Source: Narcine bancroftii
Lineage: Eukaryota
NCBI RefSeq assembly: GCF_036971445.1
Contig: NC_091477.1
Coordinates: forward strand, 123,008,001-123,072,000
Direction: 5' to 3'
DNA length: 64,000 bases
Part shown: positions 58,885-64,000 of the stretch, piece by piece
Numbering within the stretch: position 1 is the stretch's first letter
How the letters are laid out: every line of letters begins with the position of its first letter
The notes under the pieces: generated by a model
What the model was told of the DNA's origin: nothing
The model's database searches: none
What the model saw: only the letters and a program-made list of their open reading frames with translations
Position numbers and translations under genes: made by a program

Positions 58885-61800
58885 TTGAATATTTTATTTA
58901 AATGTTCTCTATACATGCAGTAATCTAAACTAATATAATAGATTGTAAAAGAAACAAATAAAATGTTCCATACATGATGGTATTCACCCCCCTCTCAAAA
59001 CCCCTCCTTTGCAACCCCCTCCCTCAAAATAGTCAACATAAAAAATAATATAGCTATATAGATGTAGAAAGAAAAGAAAGAAGGAAAAAAATAATTTTCA
59101 GGATTGCACAGAGAGATGTCTAACTCACGTTAAAAATATTCTTTATTACAGCTTAGATGAAAATCTTGCAGGTCAAGAGGAACAGAATGGACATTATTAC
59201 GAATTTAAGCCTAATATTTGGGTTTACGGGTGCCAAATTTGCAAAAAAAAACACAGGATATATATTTCTCAAGCTGTATGTGATTTTTTTTTTCCCAAAG
59301 GAATACAACTTGGAATTTCTGCATGCCATCTTGGCATACCTAAAAATATATCTGATTTCCAAGTAACTGCAATACATTTCCTCACCACCACTGATGCCAA
59401 TTTAACAAATTCCAATTGATAGTTTAATTTAGGCCTTGTTCCTTCAATATTTCCCACTAAAAATAAGTCCGGATTTTGCCAAAAAAACAACTAGTGTAAC
59501 TTGTTCCAAAAAATTTTGTAAATCTACCCAAAAAATCTTACATTAGGACAAAGCCAAGTTGAATGCAAGAAATTTCTACATCTTCACCGTACCTAAAGCA
59601 TTGATCCAATAAATCTGATTTTATTCCATTCAATTTCTGTGGTGTAAGATATAACTGATGTAAAAAAAATATACTGCACTAATCTATACCTTACATTAAT
59701 TGTCATACAATCCCTATATAGATCTGCCCATCTTTGCTCATCAATTACATATTCAGATCTATTTCACACCTTTGTCCTGACTAATGAACTCCTCGTTTAA
59801 AAGTTCCTACTTGTAATAAAGAGTATATCATAGATGTAATTTTTTTAAAAATTCCCCTCCTAATAAGAAGTTCTCTTTCAGTTCAACGAGGCAACAACAT
59901 GGTTGGTCTTAACTTATCTCTTAAATATGCTCTTAGTTAAAAATAACAAAAACGAGTGTTTTGAGTTATTCCATATTTGTTTCTCATTTGCTCAAATGAC
60001 ATTAATTGGCCCCTTTCATAACAACCTTCAACATTTATAATCCCTTTACAAAACTAACTATCCAGAAATTGATTATCTTTAGAAAAAGATTTGAGAAATT
60101 TGAGTCAAAGGCATTTTAGGTGATACACGTCCTCTTACACCAATTTCCTCATTTATTTTATTCCAAATATTAATCAAATGTTTCAATAATGGTGCTTCTT
60201 TATCAACAACCATTAACCTTTATTCCTATTTGAATATATATTCTTTCGATTTTCTCCTATTTTATTCAATTCCATATTAACCCATGCTGATTTTTCCCTT
60301 TCAAAAAAAAAAGCAAGAAATCACATTTGAGCTGTTGGATAATAATATTTAAAATTAGAGAGCTGCAGACCTCCTGATTCATATTTCCATGTTAACTTCT
60401 CTATAGAAACTTTACATTTTACCTTTCAAAAGGAATTTCCTTACATATTTATTCAATTCTTGAAAAATGTTTTGAGGTATTAAAATATGTAATGTTTGGG
60501 AATATATTCATCTTAATACAATTAACTCTTCCCATCAAAGTTATAGGTTAATTCATACAATTAAAAAAATCTTCCTCATATTTTTAAGTAATAGAAAATA
60601 ATTCAATTTGTATAGATTTTTCAAATTATTATCTGTACAAATACCCAAAGTTTTAATACCCTCTTTAGGCCATTTAAACTTAGTATCCCTCTGACACTGA
60701 GTATAATCACTTTCAGGGAATGGCAAAATTTCACTTCTATCCCAATTTATTTTATAACCAAAACTTTCCCATATTATTTCAATTTAACATATAATTTTCA
60801 TAATGATGTATTGGATTCAGTCAAATATATTTAAACATCATCTACAAATAAACTAATGTTCTTCTCCACCTACCCTAAATCCAAATCTCTCCAAATTGCT
60901 TGAGGAAGAGGTTCTATTGGTAAAATAAGCAAAGCTGGGAATAGAGGGCATCCTTGTCTACTTGATCTCGCTAATTGAACCGATGTCGATATTTGTCCAT
61001 TAGTCACTACTTTAGGTACAAAGGTACAAGGACTGCCTAAAGAAATCTCTTGGTGCCTGCCACATTGACCACCGCCAGTGGGCTGATAACGCCTCAAACC
61101 GTGCATCTTGGCGCCTCACAGTTTGGCGGGCAGCAACCTCCTTTGAAGAAGACCGCAGAGCCCACCTCACTGACAAAAGGCAAAGGAGGAAAAACCCAAC
61201 CCCAACCAACCAATTTTCCCCTGCAACCGCTGGAATCGTGTCTGCCTGTCCCGCATCGGACTTGTCAGCCACAAACGAGCCTGCAGCTGACGTGGACTTT
61301 TTACCCCCTCCATAAATCTTCGTCCGCGAAGCCAAGCCAAAGAAAAGAAGAAGAAACTACTTTAGCTTTATAATCACTATTGAGTGCCCTAATCCAATTT
61401 ACAAATTTCAATCCATATTTTTCCAACACCTTAAAAATTCCCACACCAATCTATCAAACATTTTTTCTGCATCTAAAGTCACTGCAGCACTCAAACCAGC
61501 TCATTTTTGGGCTAAATGAATTATACTAAGTAATCTAGCTGCATTTTCTGATGACTGTCTCTTTTTATACAAAATCTGTTTGATCATCTATATTTATTAA
61601 TTTAGGTAGCAATTTAGTCATTCTATTTGCCAAAATTTTCACAACAATTTTATAATCCACATTTAATAAAGAAATAGATGAGAGTTTTAAAGGATCTCTA
61701 TCCTTTATAGGAATCTCTGTCATTATTGGCATCAAAAATGATTCTGGGAGAATATGGGTTTCCAAAGCCTGATATAATACTTGCATAAATATAGGAGCTA

Positions 61801-64000
61801 ATAAATCTTTACATTCTTTATAGAATTCAGGTGGAAATCCATCTACTCTTGGAGATTTATTATTCTGTAGTGAACCCTTGGCTTTCTTCACCACTAGCTC
61901 TGTAAAAGGAACATTCAGCTCAATCTGCTCTTCCAAACTTAAACTAGGCAACATTATCTGTGATAAATAACTGTTTATTATATTTTTGTCTTTTAAAGAT
62001 TCCAAACTATATAATTTCAAATAATTTTTTTGAATGATTCATTTAATTCTTGAGGCTTGTAAGTGACTACATTAGTATCTTTTTTAATTGCATTAATTAT
62101 TCTTGGGGTCTGTTTCACCTTTAATTGCCAAGTTAATTCTTTACATGATCTCTCACCTAATTTGTGATATCTTGTTTTGTTATTATAATTGCTTTTTCAA
62201 TTTTATGTTTGGAATGTGTTATACTGGTATTTTGTAAATAAATTGTCTACATTTATCTTCAGAATCTTGTTTTTGAAGATCCTTTTCTAAAAAGTTATTT
62301 CTCTTTCTAACTGATCAATCTCTCTCATATACTCCTTTTTAATTTTAGAAGTAAAACATAATTTGACCTCTTAAATATGCTTTCAAAGCCTTTCATATAA
62401 TAAACATCTTTTACTGAGTTCAAATTTGGGAATAGAATTTTCACTCTGACAAACTCACAAAAATCTTTTCAATAACAAAGAATTCAATTTTCGTCTCTTG
62501 TCTTTTCCTTTTCAGGCATTTCCACCGTTATTAACAAAGGCGAATGATCAGATAAAATCATCGTTTTATAATCAGCTGCAGAATCCGAGGTTGCATTTGT
62601 GCTGAAATCAAAAATAAATCAATTCTAGAATAAGAATCATGCCGACTTGAATAAAATGAATAATCTTTCACTCTAGGATGAATCCTCCTCCGTACCTCTA
62701 TTAAATTCAAATCTCCCATCAAAACCGAAGTAGCTTTAGCTGCTTTTGTTCTCATCATTACTGAAGTAAATTTACCTAACAACGGATCTAAACAAAAATT
62801 AAAATCTCCTATTAAAATATTCTCATGTGCCTCTGCTAGATGAAGGAAAGTTTCTTGAATAAGCTTCATAATCAGTATTTGGAACCTACAGATTTTAAAA
62901 AGTCCACAATTCAGAAAATATTTGACAATGCACCATTACATATCTCCTGAATGGGTCTGTCACATTTTGAATTGGAAGATTCTTTTTTTTTTAATCAAAA
63001 TTGCCACACCTCTTGCCTTAGAATTAAATGAAGGAATTGCATGTCCAACCCAATCCCTTTCTAATTTCAAATGTTCTTTTTCAGTTAAATGTGTTTCTTG
63101 AAGAAAGCCCACATCAGTTCCCATTTTCTTAATATATGTTAACACTCTCTTCATTTAACCCATAAACATTACAATTTACAAACTTCATTATCTTACTCAT
63201 CTCGATAAAACATACTCAATCTCCCTCATCACCCCCACCACCCACCCCCCCCGCAAGTCTCCTCACATTCCAATAATTAATATTTCATTTGCCAGGACGC
63301 ATCTCCTCCAGCAATCCAGATAAAGGGAAAATACAAGTAAAAATATACAACTCCCATATTTATAACTACATTGGTATAAATTGAACCCATCTTTGTAAGT
63401 GATGTTTAAATATCCTAGCTACAGGTAGTGTCCAAAGTCACAAAAACACACACAATTCTGCAATGATCAGCACTCCCCTCTTCTCCCAACTCCCTTGCTA
63501 CGCTTTATAGATCATTTTAATTAACCACATTTAAAATAGCTTCCCAGAAATCAAAAAGGAAGAGAGAAGAGAAAAAGAAATAGTTCATCCCATCAAAGAT
63601 GCAGTTTCTTCTTAGTGTTGCACTCTAGGGAGACTTGGAGCAAATTCTTCCACTTGAGCAAAGTTAGAAAAGAATTTTCTATTTTGGTCTCCAGGCACAA
63701 AAATCTTCAAAGTCGCAGGGTAATGTAGGAAAAATTTATAACCTTTATCAAAAAGAACTTTCTTAACCAGGTTGAATTCTTTCCTTCAATATATCTTCAC
63801 TCATATCAGGATAGAATAATATTTTATCTCCTTCCCATTGAAGCAGGCCTTGGCGTTCCTTTTCCCCTTTCACAGCAAGACTTAAAACCTTCTCTCTCAT
63901 GATAACATAAAAATTTAATGATTATAGGACATGGTCTCTGATTGGGAAAAGGTTTTGGTCTCAGAGCTCTTTTAGCTCTTTCAATTTCAATTGGAATTTC
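58885..64000 (-). mobile_element. Degenerate AT-rich L1-clade LINE (ORF1 end, ORF2 EN and RT), continuing past the window edge
   Basis: FLQETHL, SKARGVAILI, IGDFN, YSRIDLFLIS, KSPRVDGFPPEFYK, ISLLNVDYKIVVKILANR and RQGCPL motifs; many frameshifts. Confidence 0.92.
61016..61355 (+). mobile_element. 5'-truncated RTE-clade LINE inserted in the L1, with 10-bp target-site duplication ACTACTTTAG
   Basis: RYKDCLKKSLGACHIDHRQW...SRIGLVSHKRAC C-terminus, (GAA)n tail; TSD at 61006-61015 and 61356-61365. Confidence 0.85.

Overview
Vertebrate genomic DNA, most likely a cartilaginous fish (batoid-like, inferred from the repeat families). Three intron-containing genes lie in the order known from the mammalian CLDN16-CLDN1-P3H2 locus. 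CLDN16 exons 1-3 are on the minus strand, with later exons probably left of the window. A complete 4-exon CLDN1 (208 aa) is on the plus strand, head-to-head with CLDN16 and with the ATGs only about 4 kb apart. P3H2/LEPREL1 exons 2-4 are on the plus strand; exon 1 was not found and may lie in an N gap. The rest is mostly CR1-type LINE fragments, an L1, a Tx1-like remnant, Rex/Babar and RTE pieces, tRNA-derived SINEs, Penelope-like remnants with hammerhead-like cores, many distinct GC-rich minisatellites and three N gaps. Most notable: the sequence just upstream of the CLDN1 ATG is a tandem array of about 18 copies of a 31-bp GC-box plus CCAAT-box unit; there are palindromic hammerhead-like elements; a near-identical copy of the P3H2 exon-3 donor region sits in intron 1; P3H2 has a GC-AG intron; and there is an unexplained inverted repeat with ~190-bp arms. 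Exon boundaries were read base by base. Transposable-element boundaries are approximate, and family calls come from recognising motifs, not from database searches.
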